Positions 34,578 through 37,553 of a stretch of 37,553 nt of DNA are shown here, piece by piece. Source of the DNA: Chiloscyllium plagiosum (taxonomy: Eukaryota); the NCBI RefSeq assembly GCF_004010195.1, contig NC_057719.1:45807959-45845511 (forward strand), in the 5' to 3' direction. The translations under genes were made by a program, and so were the position numbers. The notes beneath the pieces are model-generated. The model ran no database searches, was not told where the DNA came from, and saw nothing but the letters and a program-made list of their open reading frames with translations. Every line of letters begins with the position of its first letter. Within the stretch, counting starts at the first letter, position 1.

Positions 34578-35439
34578 TGTCTATCATTTATTTTAGTGTT
34601 TGGATTTTTAACTAGTGACATTTGTGTTTTGGTCTCGGTTTAAAGATGAACTTGTTAATCTTCTGAAGGTGTGTTTTTGTTTTTTAGAAATCAGTATGAG
34701 GATGAAATAGTTCCTGGAGTGGTTTGGGAATTTGTTTGCACTGGAAAATTATATAAGCAGATGACATAAATATTGAAGAATTTTAATTTTCTTTCAGTTA
34801 GAGATCTGGAATTCTGTTTTGTTTTGCTGAGGGGAATCACCTTGTAGCTTGGAAAGACTTTTGGTTTCATTTAATAGAAGTAAAAGATGTGTAAAGCTGT
34901 CCTCCCTCAAGAAAGAGGATAGTGGAAAACTATTAGGAGATAGGTTATCTCTGTGCAAAAAGTTTAGTTTGAAAGTTCCATATCAGAAGTGGAACATCTC
35001 ATCCCATCTCATCCACATTTGATGAGAACTTTGAATGGGTTGTTTGTGGCTTAGAATATTTAAATTCCATTGTATGAATACTTGAGGAAAAGATGATCAA
35101 ACTCTTAAGCTCAAGATTTGAAAGAAATAGTTAAGTTGATTTTTTTTAATAGAGAACACATTCGCTCTGGTGTTTTAAAAATTGTGAAGGGGATGCTGTT
35201 GGAATAGATGGAAACCTTTTTGTTTACTATGTGTTGAAATCTTCCAAATTGCACTATATGTAAATAGCTTATTCTATTTTATCATATTTTGCTTAATAAA
35301 CTTGTTTTATTATAAAAAAAAACTAAACCAGCAACATGTGAGCCTGTGTTTTAAATAAAATCAAATTCTGATCTAACCAGCCTTATTTCAGTGTTGGATC
35401 TGAACTTGTTCAATAATAACATCAACTGGAACTGTATCA
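34578..35439 (+). mobile_element. Probable solo LTR lying between the RT and RNase H remnants
   Basis: About 860-bp non-coding block starting TGT and ending CA, exactly interrupting pol; TATATAA at 34750-34756 and AATAAA at 35295-35300. Confidence 0.65.
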
Positions 35440-36239
35440 TTTGGCAAGTTAAATTTAAGCCAGATATGTCCAAAATGGCTCTTTGTAGCTGGTTAAACAA
35501 TTTGTTCAATAATTGTGAATGTTCTTCCCAGGTTTGGCTGAACACACTCAAATCAGAGATGTATATATCACAGTTGCCTAATCCTTTGATGACCTTGTTG
35601 GTTAATCATTGAAAGGTTGCTGGTGCATTTTTCCTTCCAAACTGCACAGTTTCACCTTGATAATGTACATTTGGTGTTAGAAAAGCTGATACTTGTTTGA
35701 TTGTAACAGTCAAAAGAATTTCCCATATCCTTTTAACCATAGTTTTGTAATTGTGTACTTGTCCAATCCTATTAATACAATCCTTTTATTGTGGAATTGG
35801 CTGCAAATCTGCCTTTTTTGACTGCATTGACTTTGTGATAATCAATACACAATAATTGTGATCCATCTGATACTATTGGAGCAGATGAGCTCGAGCTGAT
35901 ATGGCTCTGTTCGATAAAGCCATTATCCATCATAAATTTGATCTCTTCCCTCACTGGAGCTAAATGTTCTGGTTTGAGACTGTCTGGATGTTGATTTATG
36001 GATAACACAACCCCAATGTATAGCCAAAGATGTTGGCCTTCCTGTTTACACAAATTTTTTTCTGTAATAGTTTTTATAAGTCACTGGGGGACAGCATAAT
36101 ATTTCATCTAACTTTTTAAACACAGCCATATTATTCAATCTGATTACTGGAGAGTCAACTTTTTAATTTTCAATTTCATTCATTTTTGAAACATTCTGAT
36201 TTTAATTTCTCCATCTTTCATCACAGTAAATGCACTTCT

Positions 36240-36436
36240 CTGCCAGAGGCTGTGGTGGAGGCTGGTACAATTGCAACATTTAAAAGGCATTTGGATGGGT
36301 ATATGAATAGGAAGGGTTTGGAGGGATATGGGCTGGGTGCTGGCAGGTGGGACTAGATTGGGTTGGGATATCTGGTCGGCATGGACAGGTTGGACCGAAG
36401 GTTCTGTTTCCATGCTGTACATCTGTGACTCTATGA
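36240..36436 (+). mobile_element. HER1/CR1-type LINE 3' terminal fragment inserted in the gypsy element
   Basis: Near reverse-complement copy of 15675-15861, ending gactctatga. Confidence 0.93.
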
Positions 36437-37553
36437 TCATCTTTGTAAAATCATCACTGTTTAATATGGTACATTCACTGAATTTTTCCTTCAAAATCAC
36501 ATAATTGAGTTTCTCTCTAATATGATAAGGTCCAATGAAACTCACTTCTAATGGTTCCACAGACAAATAGGAAACAAGACTAACATCTTGACCTGGCAAT
36601 ACAATCACAAATGTTGGCCGCTTTATCTCTTGTTTTAATTGTTCATTCAGTAAACTTTTCAAATATTTTTTAGCCATCTCACATTTTGTTTAGTTTTCCC
36701 CATTAAAGTTGATATATTTTGAGAGGGTACTATTTGGGGTTTGCTTTATAAACATTTATAATAAATATTGTAGGTCCTCTCACTTCATGCATTTACCAAT
36801 TCAAAATGAACCAAATCATATGACTCAGAGGACATCCCTAATGGTAAATTGTAACCAGGGAATTTCTTTTTATCCCAAGCACTAGGACATTCTTGACAAT
36901 AGTCTTTAATTGTAGTCTTTAAATATTGTTGCTTTTTTTGAATGCTCCTTGAAATTGTGGATGATTAGATGAGGTAAATTGTTTTATTCCTAAACTATCA
37001 TTTCCTTAAATATGTGTAAAAAGATTGAACATTGATCCCCTCTGCTTCATTTAAATTGGTTCAGTGGTCTAATATCTAACCAGCATTTTCCTTGACATTG
37101 TATATCTGATGCAGAATCACATAGTCACAACATTTTTCCTGGCAAATCATTGCCTGAAACTACTTGTACTGATTTTTGTGCCCCTGCTGTACTGTCAATA
37201 CAATGCCATTTATACAAAAGAATCCAATGGCTAATGTTTGGCGTCATCACTTTGTGGAACATCACAGACCCAAGTCTGTCTTTGCTAGGACAGGGATCAA
37301 ACCACACTCTGGCATTCATCTGATCCATACTCTGTCTAGCCAGCCGAGCTAATGGGATCCCCCCATGAAACTGATGTTGCACTTCAAAGCAAGTTGTAGC
37401 ATGTGAAGGGTTGTGATACTTTGATGACATGAAAGATGCTCCAAGAGAAATGTTTTCATTAGTAGAAGAGCTAGAAGCATGAAGAGATAAGCTAGGGGAG
37501 GGTGGGGGTGGGGAGAGAGTAGCATAGAGTACAATGGGTGAGTGGGGGAGGAG

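Larger units (their letters stand above)
34060..37040 (-). mobile_element. Decayed Ty3/gypsy pol with integrase-RT-RNase H order (Gmr1-like)
   Basis: Integrase about 37040-36440 (LGIKQFTSSNHPQFQGA, LKTTIKDYCQE, HEVRGP, SFIGPY). RT about 36050-35440 (INQHP, LCIDYHKVNAV, FGRKNAPATFQ*, IYISD, WEEH). Connection and RNase H about 34577-34060 (FSIIVAPL, WTKKCWSAFDTL, FKLAVDAND, PVNYFS, DHNLLTF). Many stops and frameshifts. Confidence 0.88.

Noticed and set aside
36180..36677. 165-aa minus-strand ORF as a novel or domesticated integrase gene
   Set aside because: It is a chance read-through from a decayed integrase C-terminus into an antisense LINE tail; the catalytic core upstream is frameshifted.
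37495..37553. G-quadruplex-capable tracts here, at 1-62 (minus strand) and at the poly(C) at 6380
   Set aside because: Low-complexity or repeat-derived sequence, two tracts cut by window edges, with nothing indicating function.
1..37553. CRISPR arrays, operons or other prokaryotic-type systems
   Set aside because: The window is spliceosomal-intron-containing vertebrate DNA with no repeat-spacer arrays or long intact non-TE ORFs.

Overview
Vertebrate genomic DNA, very probably from a shark; this is inferred from HE1-type V-SINEs, HER1/CR1-type LINEs and Deu-domain SINEs. The only host gene I can support is the 3' part of a GPR137-family integral membrane protein gene on the + strand, best matching GPR137C. 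It has six coding exons (8064-8113, 9271-9499, 10329-10478, 12297-12422, 14742-14866, 23884-24085), all with GT-AG introns and compatible phases, giving 293 aa plus stop. The first coding exon lies upstream of the window, and a roughly 3.4-kb 3' UTR probably ends near AATAAA at 27484. Most of the remainder is decayed transposable elements: CR1/L2-type LINEs (several nested), SINEs, a Penelope-like remnant, short palindromic Penelope-derived insertions with 12-17 bp target-site duplications, and a decayed minus-strand Ty3/gypsy element with the unusual integrase-RT-RNase H (Gmr1-like) order. The most interesting items are an apparently intact minimal hammerhead ribozyme at 3681-3715 (minus strand), its decayed relatives, the Gmr1-type element with a related LTR nested in it, and a C-terminal YYSTPQN duplication whose differences are all synonymous. 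I see no evidence for a wholly new biological system. Family names come from recalled motifs, not database searches, and most repeat boundaries are approximate.
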